In this document: in pieces, positions 50,403-60,362 of the stretch
How positions within the stretch are numbered: position 1 is the first letter of the stretch
How the letters are laid out: each line of letters begins with the position of its first letter
Assembly (NCBI GenBank): GCA_033762295.1
Contig: JANRLW010000085.1
Location: 1 to 64,000 of the forward strand
From: Capsulimonadales bacterium
GTDB taxonomy: Bacteria; Armatimonadota; Armatimonadia; Armatimonadales; Armatimonadaceae
Reading direction: 5' to 3'
DNA: 64,000 bases
Translations under genes and position numbers: made by a program
Notes under the pieces: generated by a model
What the model saw: the letters and a program-made list of their open reading frames with translations, nothing else
Told to the model about the DNA's origin: nothing
Database searches by the model: none

Positions 50403-52730
50403 GTGAACGGATCGATTCGAGTGCGGCGTACCACCCTTCTTGGCTTCTGCTTCGGCCTGTTGTTTCCGATCCTCGGAACGTTCCTGGAATGTCTCCGACG
50501 CGGAATGCTCTCCGTAAACGGCTTTCTGACCGTGCAGGCGGACACTCCGCTACTCTGGATCATCGATACCGCTCCTTTCATCCTCGCGGGAGCCGGTTAC
50601 CTGATCGTCTATGCCGCACCGGAAAACCGGGGAGATATCCGGCAGACCGGACGCGGTCTTCCCTCTCTGTTCGTCGGTATCGGTCTCCTGCCCGCCCTCC
50701 TTCTTTCGCTGGCGCTGGTCCGAAATCAGGATGCGGCGACCGCGATCACGGATTCCAATCGCTGCACCGCGCTTTCCATCACCGCCATGGAAGCCTACTT
50801 TTTCGCGCTGTCCGACGAATCCGGCAAGGTTCGTCTGGCGATCGGGGCGATGACGCAGGAACGCGAGGACCTGCGACGACGATACGCTCCGCTTCTTGCT
50901 CGATCGGACGCTATCTGGGCCTCTTATGTTCGCCTGCTGGCACGTCCCGACGTCGACGCGGCCCTCCTGCGATCCGAACAAAACTGGCAGACGGTCGAAG
51001 CGCTGGTCGTCGCCTACCGCCATCTCGCCGGAGAGATCGAGACCCGCCAGCGGCGCATCCTCTCGGAAGCGAGCGCGGTCTTCGTCGCGGGACTGTTGAT
51101 CTCCTTTGCCCTTCTTCCTTTCGGGATGGGGCTGATTCGGCGCGTCCGCCTGACGGAGAAGCAGTTGCGCGAGGAGCACGATCTGGTGGCCGCGATTCTC
51201 AAAACGGCCGGCGCAATCATCGTCACGCTGGACGCCGAAGGCAGGGTACGCTCTTTGAACGAGGCTGGGGAACGGTTGACCGGCTTCGCCGCCGCAGATC
51301 GGATCGGCCACCCGTTCGGTGAGTTGATGCGGACCCCGGAGGAGCGGGAGGCGACGGAACAGCGTTTTCTGCGCCTGAAAGCCGGAGACCCGATCGGGCA
51401 AAATGAGGAGGACTGGACCGACCACCGGGGACAACGTCGACGGATCGCCTGGTCCGATACGGCGCTCAAAAACCCCGACGGCACGCTGCGACTTCTCATC
51501 TGCGCCGGAATCGATGTCACCGAACAACGGCAGGCCGAGGAGACGTTGCGACGAAGCGACGCCCGGTTGAACGAAGCGCAGAGGATCGCCCGAATCGGTT
51601 CCTGGGAGTACGATATCGTCGCCGATCGTATCACCTGGTCGGCGGAGATGTTCCGTCTGCTGGAATTCGCCCCTGCCGACGGCGAACCCGACCGCCACCG
51701 GCTCCTCGATCGTTACCACCCCGAGGATCGGGAAATGTTTCGATCCGTCTTCCGGCAGGCGATGCTGGACGGCGCTCCCTACGAAATCGAACTCCGCACG
51801 GTGAGCGAGGACGGAGACAACCGATGGTTTCGCGCCCGTGGCTACGGCGTTCGGGACGGGGCCGGCAAGGTCATCCGCCTGATCGGAACCGTGCAGGACG
51901 TGACCGAGTATCGCCGGATTCAGGATGAACTTCGGCAGACCGCAAGCGATCTGGCCGATACCGCCGACCGCCTGCGGCGCAGCAACACCGCCCTTCAGGA
52001 GTTCACGGCGGTCGCCTCGCACGATCTTCGCAGTCCGCTACGGCAGATCCGCCATCAGGTGAAACAACTGAGTTCGGCGAAGAATGCCGACCCGACCGTC
52101 CGACCCGAGCAGGCGGACCGACTCCGGAGGATCGATCGCGCCTGCGAGCGGATGCAGCACCTGATCGACAATCTTCTGGAACTGGCGCGTGTTACCGCCC
52201 GGGGTGAAACCGTGGTCCGTCGCCCGGTCGACCTGGCGCAGATTCTGGACGATGTCCGGATCGATCTGGGCGTCCGTTTACGCGAAACGGGCGGAACGAT
52301 CGAAACCGGTCCTTTGCCCGTGTTTTACGGCGACCCCGCCCAGATTTACCGGTTGATGCTGAATCTGGTCGGTAACGGCTTGAAGTTTCATCGGGAGGGC
52401 ATTCCGCCCCTGGTTCGGGTCGAACGCACGGCGAATTCCGACGGCGGTTGCGTCGGTTTCGTCGTCCGTGATAACGGCATCGGTTTTTCCGCGGAGGATG
52501 CCGGGCGCATCTTCAAGGCATTCGAGCGACTCGACAACCACGACCGGGAGGGTTCCGGTATCGGACTGTCGATCTGCCAACGGATCGTGGAAAACCATGG
52601 CGGCCGTATCAGCGTCCGCAGCGTCCCCGGTGAGGGCAGCGCGTTTACCATCGTCCTCCCGGGCGGCGACGGCTCGGAACGATTGCCGGACAACCTTCGG
52701 AGCGTTACGAACGCGGAAAACGAACGATAA
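50403..52730 (+). CDS. Membrane-bound PAS-domain sensor histidine kinase
   Basis: N-terminal TMs, two PAS/PAC domains, H-box 'ASHDLRSPL', N-box 'NLVGNGLKF', G-boxes 'DNGIG', 'GSGIGL'. Confidence 0.93.
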   Translation: MNGSIRVRRTTLLGFCFGLLFPILGTFLECLRRGMLSVNGFLTVQADTPLLWIIDTAPFILAGAGYLIVYAAPENRGDIRQTGRGLPSLFVGIGLLPALLLSLALVRNQDAATAITDSNRCTALSITAMEAYFFALSDESGKVRLAIGAMTQEREDLRRRYAPLLARSDAIWASYVRLLARPDVDAALLRSEQNWQTVEALVVAYRHLAGEIETRQRRILSEASAVFVAGLLISFALLPFGMGLIRRVRLTEKQLREEHDLVAAILKTAGAIIVTLDAEGRVRSLNEAGERLTGFAAADRIGHPFGELMRTPEEREATEQRFLRLKAGDPIGQNEEDWTDHRGQRRRIAWSDTALKNPDGTLRLLICAGIDVTEQRQAEETLRRSDARLNEAQRIARIGSWEYDIVADRITWSAEMFRLLEFAPADGEPDRHRLLDRYHPEDREMFRSVFRQAMLDGAPYEIELRTVSEDGDNRWFRARGYGVRDGAGKVIRLIGTVQDVTEYRRIQDELRQTASDLADTADRLRRSNTALQEFTAVASHDLRSPLRQIRHQVKQLSSAKNADPTVRPEQADRLRRIDRACERMQHLIDNLLELARVTARGETVVRRPVDLAQILDDVRIDLGVRLRETGGTIETGPLPVFYGDPAQIYRLMLNLVGNGLKFHREGIPPLVRVERTANSDGGCVGFVVRDNGIGFSAEDAGRIFKAFERLDNHDREGSGIGLSICQRIVENHGGRISVRSVPGEGSAFTIVLPGGDGSERLPDNLRSVTNAENER

Positions 52731-54996
52731 TCCGCGCGCCACCCTCCGGTCGATTGCCGTACGAAACGCTTCCCCGAAGATCCCAGCGGACGACGCTCTC
52801 GATCAGTTCCAGGCCGGTCTGCGCCGCCGTCGACACATCGAAACCGGGAGGAAAGCCCGGACCATCGTCGTCCACCGTCAGGACCGCGTCCCGGTCCTTC
52901 GTGCGGAAATCGATATCGATCGGCCCCGCCCCGTGCTTGATCGCGTTGGAGATCAGTTCGTTGGTGACCAGAGCGAGGGTCGTGGTCTGCTTTCCGGTCA
53001 GGCGTACGTCCTCGATATCCGCCCGGACCGGGCGTCCCGCGACCGTCCGTTCCGTCGCCTCCAGGAGACGTTCCAGAACGGCCTTCGCCGAGACCGTCTC
53101 CGGGTCATTTCCGGCTTTGGTCTCCTGGGTGAGAATATCGTGAATCACCGCCAGAGCGCTCACATTATGGCTCAGGTTCGCCAGTTCCGAGGCTCGCTCC
53201 CGGTTCGGTCCGGCCAGTTGCTGCAGATCGATTAAGGCGGAGATCAACTGCAGGTTGTTTTTTACACGGTGGTGGGTCTCCGTCATCGCCCGTCGCAGTT
53301 GGTGATTGAGGGCTTCCACCTCCCGATTCCGCTCTTCCAGCGCTTCCTCGATCCGTTTTCGCTCATCGATATCGAGATGGGTGCCTACCCACTTTGTCAC
53401 CCTTCCCTGAGCGTCCCAAATCGGGATCGTTCGACAGGCGAACCAGCGAAACACGCCATCCCGACGCCGCAGACGGAGTTCGACCTCGATCGGCTTTCCG
53501 AGGCGTATGGCCTCTTCCCACGTTCGTCGGAGGGCGCTCATTTCGTCGGGGTGGTGCAGTCCCTCCCATCCGGACATGACAAACTCCTCGGTCGTCATTC
53601 CGGTATATTCATGCCACGCCGGGTTCTGGTAGAGGGGTGTGCCACCGGCATCGGCCATCCAGAGGTGGAGCGGAATCGCCTCGCCCAGCGTACGAAACAG
53701 CCGTTCCGACTCCTCCAGCGCCCGCCGCGCCCGAACCTGTTGCGTGATATCCCGGGCGTAGCACACCAGTCCGAATCGTCCGTCGTCGGGCAGGGTAATC
53801 CGATCGACACGCCACTCAAAGAATCCGGTCGGCTGCCCATCGTGTCCGAACCCCTCCTCCTCGGCGCAGGCAAAGGGTTCTCCGGTATTCAGGGTGCGGC
53901 GAAAGATTTCCACGATGCGATCCGCGAAAGTCCCTTCCCAGAGCTGATGGGCGACCTCCTCGAATCCGCGGCCGATCAGGCCGCCGGAAATCTCTCCGAC
54001 CGACGCCCGGACAATCGGGTTGGCTTCGCGAACACGAAAATCCGAATCCAGCAGGTAGACGCCCAGCGGCGCCTGATTCAGCAGGGTCTCGAACTGCTGA
54101 CTGCGGTTTCGGAACGCCTCCTCGGCCCGCTTCCGTTCGGTGATATCGGTCGTCACGCCGGTGACCCGCTCGGGACGCCCTTCCGGGTCCGTCCCGATAT
54201 GCGACCGGTTGGCAAGCCAGCGGACGGAGCCGTCCGGGCGGATGATTCGGTATTCGTGGGTGAAGACCTCTTTCAGGTCGAGCGACTCCCGGGTTTTTCG
54301 CCAGAGTTCCTCACGGTCCTCGGGATGGACCATCGCATCGAATGCTTGCACGGTGGGCACGAACGTTTCCGGATCGACGCCGAAGACCGGGTAGGTTTCC
54401 GGCGACCAGCGGATCGTCTCCTCGCCTACCCTCCATTCATACATACCGAGGTTTGCCGCCCGCAGGGCGACGGTGAGTCGTTCGCGTTCGTACGCCAGCG
54501 ACCGTGCGGTCTCCGCCAGCGCCTCCTCGGTTCGGTGGTGTTCGGTGATGTCGCGGGTATGGACGGCGACATTTTCGCCCTGCGGATAGAAGGTCATCGC
54601 GAACCGTCGTCCGAGGGTCGGCGAGATCGTTTCCAGACGAACGGGGATTCGCTCGGAGCGGGTTTGGAGAAACGCGTCCCGAATCGGCCCGTTGGCGGAT
54701 TTCGGAAACAACTCCCAGGCGTTGCGTCCGATCAGGTCCTGCGGAGCGCATCCGGCCAGTCGTGCCGCCTGAGGATTGACATAGAGGTAGTTGCCCTCCG
54801 GATCGAGCAGGACGAACGCTTCCTCCAGAGCATCGACCGTCTCGGCGATGGATCGGAGAACGTCCCCGGCGCTATCGGTGGGGCCGGACGGGTATCGGAA
54901 GGCGTTCGGAGTCGGTTCGACTTTCGTCTCGTGCGATTCGGAATTCCCCGTGGCGAAGTGAGACATCGCGGCAAATTGTGTCGAAAACCGACACAC
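52705..54996 (-). CDS. Cytoplasmic multi-PAS histidine kinase (HisKA_2 type)
   Basis: About four PAS domains; 'ETHHRVKNNLQ', 'NELISNAIKHG', 'DDGPG'; start may be 54966; 3' end overlaps the convergent kinase by 26 bp. Confidence 0.92.
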   Translation of the reverse strand: MCRFSTQFAAMSHFATGNSESHETKVEPTPNAFRYPSGPTDSAGDVLRSIAETVDALEEAFVLLDPEGNYLYVNPQAARLAGCAPQDLIGRNAWELFPKSANGPIRDAFLQTRSERIPVRLETISPTLGRRFAMTFYPQGENVAVHTRDITEHHRTEEALAETARSLAYERERLTVALRAANLGMYEWRVGEETIRWSPETYPVFGVDPETFVPTVQAFDAMVHPEDREELWRKTRESLDLKEVFTHEYRIIRPDGSVRWLANRSHIGTDPEGRPERVTGVTTDITERKRAEEAFRNRSQQFETLLNQAPLGVYLLDSDFRVREANPIVRASVGEISGGLIGRGFEEVAHQLWEGTFADRIVEIFRRTLNTGEPFACAEEEGFGHDGQPTGFFEWRVDRITLPDDGRFGLVCYARDITQQVRARRALEESERLFRTLGEAIPLHLWMADAGGTPLYQNPAWHEYTGMTTEEFVMSGWEGLHHPDEMSALRRTWEEAIRLGKPIEVELRLRRRDGVFRWFACRTIPIWDAQGRVTKWVGTHLDIDERKRIEEALEERNREVEALNHQLRRAMTETHHRVKNNLQLISALIDLQQLAGPNRERASELANLSHNVSALAVIHDILTQETKAGNDPETVSAKAVLERLLEATERTVAGRPVRADIEDVRLTGKQTTTLALVTNELISNAIKHGAGPIDIDFRTKDRDAVLTVDDDGPGFPPGFDVSTAAQTGLELIESVVRWDLRGSVSYGNRPEGGARIIVRFPRS

Positions 54997-55149
54997 CCCT
55001 CCCTCTTTGACGCTTACCCAGTATTCTAGCGTCTATAAATATACCCGACAATTGAATATATCTTTCTTTTGCTCCGACGGGCCATTTCGCTCGTCCCCGG
55101 TCTGAGCAGGACCAACAGGGGGTGTCCGGAGGGTATATTGGAGATCGAC

Positions 55150-55470
55150 ATGGTCGTACATTTTTTCGTCTGTATCAACCGCCGCCCGGATGGGTCACCG
55201 CTCCCCTGCTGCGCGGCACGGGGCGGGGAGGATCTGCTGGCAGCGTTCCGACAGGAGTTCGCCCGGCGCGGTTACCCGCATGGCGTCAAGGTGAGCGGCG
55301 CCACCTGTCTGACCTCCTGCCAGTGTGGTCCGACGGTCGTGGCCTACCCGGAAGGCATCTGGTACGGCGGCGTTACGCCGGAGGATATCGGTGACCTGTT
55401 CGACGCGCACCTTAACGGAAAGGGGCCGGTCGAACGGCTTCGACTTCCGCCGGAGGTTCAGGTCTGGTAG
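55150..55470 (+). CDS. Thioredoxin-like [2Fe-2S] ferredoxin
   Basis: 'HFFVCINRR..CCAARG..CLTSCQCGPTVVAYPEGIWYGGV'. Confidence 0.9.
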   Translation: MVVHFFVCINRRPDGSPLPCCAARGGEDLLAAFRQEFARRGYPHGVKVSGATCLTSCQCGPTVVAYPEGIWYGGVTPEDIGDLFDAHLNGKGPVERLRLPPEVQVW

Positions 55471-55512
55471 CCTCCTCCGGTTCCTTTGGCGTTCGCGACG
55501 GGGCGCGTTCTC

Positions 55513-57654
55513 CTAATACGGACGGAGCAACTTCACTGTCACCTGGCTGCGCGTTCCGGCACGGTTCGGGTCCCCGAGCAGGATAAAGATATCGTTGCCG
55601 CTGCGGACTCGCTGCGAATAGGCCAGGTACAGGTTCGTTCCCTTGAGGACGCCGATCGTCTGCGCCGGATTGGTGTTTTTTCCGTCCTGACGCAGCAGCC
55701 GTCCGCTGATCGTTCGAGCGGAATCGAGACGGTACGTTCCGGTTACGATCGTCTGGGAGGTCGTTTCGCTGCCCAGAATCTGTTGACTGGCTTCCAGTCG
55801 CACGGTCAACGGCCGTCGCAGCAGGAAATCCTGTTGCACCTGCAGAAACCGGCTCGGCTCGCCCGCCGCTTTCCCGCGACCGATACTGAAGCCGCCTCCC
55901 TGAAACTGCGTCCGCTGGTTCCACCAGAAACCCGTCTGCATATCGTAGTCCTGATAGTAGCTTTCGAGATCCTGTTGACGGTGATCGCGCGACCCTCCCA
56001 GTTCGATACCGTATCCCCGACGGGTTTGCAGGTAGGAGCCGACGTAGAAGGAACGCCGGAAAAAGCCGCCGTCCCGCCGACGATACAGTTCGATCGCCGT
56101 ATTGGCCTCGTAAAACTCGATCGGCCCACGGTCGAAGTTATTGAACTGAAAGGCGCTCGCCGACCACCCGCGCCGATTTCGCTCCGGAACGAATCCCAGG
56201 TCGCTGATAAAATCCGAGGCGATCGTGTTATAGCTCACACGGAATCCGGGGATTCCCGGCATTCCGTGGAGACGGAAGTGGACGTTTTCGGAACGGCCGC
56301 GCGCCGCGCCCGCCACCCAGGATTGCGCGGCATTGCCCTCCACACTGAACCGGTTCCTCCCCTGCCGCCAGCCGTAGGTTCCATAGATCCTGCCGACCCG
56401 GTTGGAGGAAGCCGTTTCCCGATTGTCCCCCGCCGCCGAAAAACCGAACCGCGAGAGCGGGCCGACATCCCGGCCCAGATTCAGAGCGTAGGATGTCCGT
56501 TCCTTCCCCGCCTGCTGCCGCGCCGACATCACCAACCCGACCGTGTTGACCCCGTTCTTCCCGGCGATCTTGATTCCCTCGTCCAGCGTGTCGATCCGCC
56601 GAGAATAGAAGAGTTCCGGCGCGGGGAGAAACTCGGCCCCCTCGGCGAAGAACGGTCGCCGATCCTCGACGAATCGCTCGTTGTACGAAAAGTTAATCCC
56701 GGTCACCTCCTGCTCGATCGTCCGGAAGTCCGGATTCACGGTCAGCAGTCCGGTCAGCGTCGTGGACAGCGGGTACTTGACGTCCAGTCCCTGTCGGGCC
56801 AGGGAACCGTCGCCGGCGGTCGCCAGCAGATAGGGCAGAATGGTCGGTCGGGGCGCGAAAAACGGCGGATTCAGACCGTGGAAATCGTTCAGATACTGAA
56901 TCCGGTTTTCCCACGACTGTCCCTCCGGCGGAAGGTAGGGCCAGCACTCCGGGTTCGTTTCCCGCGCCAGTCGGCGAAGCAGCAGGATACCGAAGGCCGT
57001 CGCGCCGCGCGGGTAGCGCAGCAGTCGGAACGGAATCGCCACTTCGCAGGTCCAGCCATCCGCCGTTCGGACCGCTGCCGCCTTCCAGTCACCCGCCCAG
57101 GTGATGTTCCCGGCCGTTCCGCCTTCCAGTTCCTCCGTCTGCGTGCCGTTGGCGGACACTGCGAAGATCGATGCCTGACGCCGAGTGTTCTGACTGTCCA
57201 GCAGAATCGTGATATGGTCGTCATTGTCCAGGTCGCCCCCTCGCTGCGTTTCGTTCGTACGAATCAGTTCGGGTTTACTGTCGAGGCAGTGGAACGCGAT
57301 ATAGAGGTAACGCTGGTCCGTACCGATCCAGGCTTCGGTCTGCTCGGTGACCGGCGCGCTGCTGCCGAACCGGTAAAATCCGCTCGCACGCGTTGCGTTG
57401 CGCCAGCACTCCTCCTCGATCCGGCCGTCGAGAACCGGAGCCTCGGAAAAGGTGGCGACGGCGATCCGCTGACGGGTCCAGGTTCCGGTCGGTACGGAAG
57501 GCGCGGGGATTTGCTTTGCCAGCAGGGAGCCGGGGGACTTTCCCGCAGCGGAGTCCTCCGCCCGAACGGGCATCGCTCCGAGCAGGATCAGGATTAGCGG
57601 CGGCAGATATGCCGACCACGGACGCAGGGACAGGAAACCATGAATTCTCTTCAT
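55513..57654 (-). CDS. Exported CBM9-like domain plus DUF5916-like beta-barrel protein
   Basis: 'PVLDGRIEEECW', 'YLYIAFHC', 'WTCEVAIPFRLLRY', 'TVNPDF..E', 'EDRRPFFAEG', 'LFYSRRI'. Confidence 0.8.
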   Translation of the reverse strand: MKRIHGFLSLRPWSAYLPPLILILLGAMPVRAEDSAAGKSPGSLLAKQIPAPSVPTGTWTRQRIAVATFSEAPVLDGRIEEECWRNATRASGFYRFGSSAPVTEQTEAWIGTDQRYLYIAFHCLDSKPELIRTNETQRGGDLDNDDHITILLDSQNTRRQASIFAVSANGTQTEELEGGTAGNITWAGDWKAAAVRTADGWTCEVAIPFRLLRYPRGATAFGILLLRRLARETNPECWPYLPPEGQSWENRIQYLNDFHGLNPPFFAPRPTILPYLLATAGDGSLARQGLDVKYPLSTTLTGLLTVNPDFRTIEQEVTGINFSYNERFVEDRRPFFAEGAEFLPAPELFYSRRIDTLDEGIKIAGKNGVNTVGLVMSARQQAGKERTSYALNLGRDVGPLSRFGFSAAGDNRETASSNRVGRIYGTYGWRQGRNRFSVEGNAAQSWVAGAARGRSENVHFRLHGMPGIPGFRVSYNTIASDFISDLGFVPERNRRGWSASAFQFNNFDRGPIEFYEANTAIELYRRRDGGFFRRSFYVGSYLQTRRGYGIELGGSRDHRQQDLESYYQDYDMQTGFWWNQRTQFQGGGFSIGRGKAAGEPSRFLQVQQDFLLRRPLTVRLEASQQILGSETTSQTIVTGTYRLDSARTISGRLLRQDGKNTNPAQTIGVLKGTNLYLAYSQRVRSGNDIFILLGDPNRAGTRSQVTVKLLRPY

Positions 57655-57813
57655 AACCCACTCTCAGGACCACACCGACCCCGACCGAATCATCCTTTAC
57701 ACTGTCGCGGCGGCCTGTTGAAATGGTAAATACCGCCCGGATACTATATCCGTCTCCCGCCGTTCCGGCACCTTGTTTTGTTGAAAATTGTCTGCTTATT
57801 CCCAGGGTTTCTC

Positions 57814-58362
57814 ATGCCACTCTCCTCTCCCCGCCTGATCGTTATCACCGGTATCATGGCCTCCGGAAAATCGACGGTCGCCCAGGGAATCGCGGAACGC
57901 CTGCCGCGAAGCGTCCATCTGCGCGGCGACCTGTTTCGCCGCCTGATCGTCAACGGTCGCGCCGAGATGTGTGCCGAGTTGACACCGGAAGCCCTGTCCC
58001 AGTTGCGGTTCCGCTACCGCATCGCCGCCACGGTGGCGGAGGAATACCTGGCAGCGGGTTTCGATGTCGTCTATCAGGATATCCTGATCGGCGCCGGGCT
58101 ATCGGACGCCATCGCCCGCCTACGGCATCCGTTGCTGTATGTCGTGGTCCTCTGTCCGCAAATCCATGCCGTCACCGCCCGTGAGGCCGGACGCGCCAAA
58201 ACCGGATATCGATCCGAAACGGAAATAGCCGCGTTCGACCGTATCCTGCGTCGGGAAACACCCACCGTCGGATACTGGATCGACTCGACCGACCTGACAC
58301 CCTCCGAGACCGTGGAGGATGTGCTGGCGAATCTTGATCGTGCGCGCATCGATCGTACTTGA
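57814..58362 (+). CDS. P-loop kinase / AAA_33-like phosphotransferase
   Basis: 'VITGIMASGKSTVA', 'HLRGDLFRR'. Confidence 0.8.
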   Translation: MPLSSPRLIVITGIMASGKSTVAQGIAERLPRSVHLRGDLFRRLIVNGRAEMCAELTPEALSQLRFRYRIAATVAEEYLAAGFDVVYQDILIGAGLSDAIARLRHPLLYVVVLCPQIHAVTAREAGRAKTGYRSETEIAAFDRILRRETPTVGYWIDSTDLTPSETVEDVLANLDRARIDRT

Positions 58363-58403
58363 CAGCCGCTCCGAAACGCGGTAATAATTAGACAATTGGC
58401 TAA
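58359..58403 (+). promoter_or_regulatory. Promoter and ArsR-type palindromic operator
   Basis: TTGACA 58359-58364, AATAAT 58383-58388; imperfect palindrome TTAGaCAATTGgCTAA 58388-58403. Confidence 0.65.
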
Positions 58404-58418
58404 ATATCTTATCGAACC

Positions 58419-58715
58419 ATGAAGACCGGTATCGCGTTCAAAGCCCTCGCCGACCCGACCCGGCGCGAGATTCTCCGCCTGCTGGATGGCGGTGAGAAGA
58501 CCGCCGGGCAACTGGCCGCCCACTTCCCGATCGCCGCCGCCTCGATGTCCCATCATTTCAGCCTGCTCAAACAGGCCGATCTGGTGACGACCCGTCGGGA
58601 CGGTCAGCAGATCGTCTACTCCCTGAACACGACCGTTTTTCAGGATGTGGTTCGTCTTCTGCTCGATATCGCCCCGCGCGCGGCGCGTTCGGCTGACGAG
58701 GAAGCAAAACCATGA
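58419..58715 (+). CDS. sdpR: ArsR/SmtB family repressor (SdpR-like)
   Basis: 'FKALADPTRREILRLL..TAGQLA..SMSHHFSLLKQADLV..IVYSLNTTVFQD'; ATGA overlap with the downstream gene. Confidence 0.8.
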   Translation: MKTGIAFKALADPTRREILRLLDGGEKTAGQLAAHFPIAAASMSHHFSLLKQADLVTTRRDGQQIVYSLNTTVFQDVVRLLLDIAPRAARSADEEAKP

Positions 58716-59350
58716 GCGCACGCCTTGCCACCTATCTTCTGGCCCTGTCGATTCTGCTGACGGCGGGAATCTCCTTCGTCCTGTATCCGATCCTTCCGGA
58801 TCGACTGCCGGTCCACTGGGACTGGCTCGGTCGGCCCGACGGATGGGCGGACAAGGGGGTCGCCGCCTTTCTGATCCCTAATCTGACCGCCGCCCTGTTG
58901 CTGCTGATGCATCTTCTGCCCCGTTTCTCCCCGAAACGGCTTTCCATCGAAGCGTTTGCGGAGACGTACTATTATGTCTTTGCGCTGATCGGCGGACTGA
59001 TGATGCATCTGCATGCGATGACGCTGCTCGGGGGACTGATGCCGGACCGGGACTGGTCGCGCTGCCTGTTGACCGGCCTGTTTCTCTTCTTCGGGCTTCT
59101 CGGAAACCTTCTCGGAAAGGTCCGCCGCAACCTCTGGGTCGGAATCCGGACTCCCTGGTCGCTGGCGAGCGATTCGATCTGGAACGCCACGCATCGTCTG
59201 GCCGCACGCCTGATGACCGGGCTGTGTTTTCTCGCCATCCTTCTTCTCTGGCTGGGCGCCTCCCCGGCGGTCGGACTGGTTCTACTTGGCGTCGCCGTGA
59301 TCGCTCCGGTCGTTTATTCCTATCTTCTCTTCCGACGGGAGCGGGGATAA
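58712..59350 (+). CDS. sdpI: SdpI family membrane immunity protein (DUF1648 + SdpI)
   Basis: 'LPDRLPVHW..G.PDGW', 'NLWVGIRTPWSL.SD.IW.ATHR'. Confidence 0.85.
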   Translation: MSARLATYLLALSILLTAGISFVLYPILPDRLPVHWDWLGRPDGWADKGVAAFLIPNLTAALLLLMHLLPRFSPKRLSIEAFAETYYYVFALIGGLMMHLHAMTLLGGLMPDRDWSRCLLTGLFLFFGLLGNLLGKVRRNLWVGIRTPWSLASDSIWNATHRLAARLMTGLCFLAILLLWLGASPAVGLVLLGVAVIAPVVYSYLLFRRERG

Positions 59351-59381
59351 CCGATCTCCGTCGGTCCGGTTATAATAGGGC

Positions 59382-60362
59382 ATGGAACCGCTCCGTCTCG
59401 TCTGTCTTTCCCGTCCCGATGCCGGCCTGACCGAGGCTCTGACCGAGGCGCTCGCCGCCCTCGGAGACTCGGTCCGCCTGTCGTTCGTCGCGCCCGAGGA
59501 CGCGGTCGACGATCCGGAGATCCGCCGTGCCGACGGCATTCTCTGCGGCACGCTTCCCCCCGAAGTTCGGGCGGTGGCCTCCCGTCTGCGCTGGGTCCAG
59601 TTCTGGTCCGCCGGGTTGGATGGCAAACTGTTTCCCGAACTGTTCGAGGGAGGTGTCCTGGTCACCAGCGGGGCCGGTATTCATGAGGCGTCCGCCAGCG
59701 AGCATGTTCTGGCGATGATGCTGGCGTTCGCCCGCGGGCTTCCGCAGGCGTTCGCGGCGCAACAGCGGAAGGATTGGTCGGCCCGCCGGACGATCTACGA
59801 CCAGGTCTTCGAACTGCAGGGAAAGACGGTCGGTATCGTCGGCGCGGGGAAGATCGGTCAGGCGATCGGCGTCCGCTGTCAGGCGTTCGGTATGAAAACG
59901 GTGGGAACGCGCCGTGATCCGTCCGTGCCGACGCCCGGAATCGATGTCCTTCTCTCCCACATTCAGTACCACGACCTGATTCTGTCGTCGGATTTTATCG
60001 TCCTCGCGCTTCCGTTGACCCCGCAGACGCGAATGATCTTCGGCGAGGACGAGATCGAGATTCTCCGAAAAGGCACCTATCTGTTCAATATCGGGCGGGG
60101 CGGGTTGATCGACGAACGGTGGGTGTATCGCGCGCTGAAAAACGGATGGCTGGCCGGGGCGGGTCTCGACGTCTTTGCCGAGGAGCCGTTGCCGCCCGAT
60201 TCGCCGTTCTGGGAACTGCCGAACTGCCTGATCACACCGCATGTCGGCGGACATACGCCGCTCTACTGGCCACGGTTCGCCCGACTGGTCGTCGCGCAGA
60301 TCGCGCGTCTGCGGAACGGAGAACCTCCGGAAAATCAGGTTCGTCCGACCCTGGGTTACTGA
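59382..60362 (+). CDS. D-2-hydroxyacid dehydrogenase family protein
   Basis: 'LRWVQFWSAGLD', 'GIVGAGKIG', 'LPLTPQT', 'NIGRG', 'LDVFAEEPLP', 'ITPHVGG'. Confidence 0.93.
   Translation: MEPLRLVCLSRPDAGLTEALTEALAALGDSVRLSFVAPEDAVDDPEIRRADGILCGTLPPEVRAVASRLRWVQFWSAGLDGKLFPELFEGGVLVTSGAGIHEASASEHVLAMMLAFARGLPQAFAAQQRKDWSARRTIYDQVFELQGKTVGIVGAGKIGQAIGVRCQAFGMKTVGTRRDPSVPTPGIDVLLSHIQYHDLILSSDFIVLALPLTPQTRMIFGEDEIEILRKGTYLFNIGRGGLIDERWVYRALKNGWLAGAGLDVFAEEPLPPDSPFWELPNCLITPHVGGHTPLYWPRFARLVVAQIARLRNGEPPENQVRPTLGY

Noticed and set aside
55041..55065. IscR type-1-like half site ATACCCGAC upstream of the [2Fe-2S] ferredoxin
   Set aside because: Only the left half matches and the right half is not palindromic.
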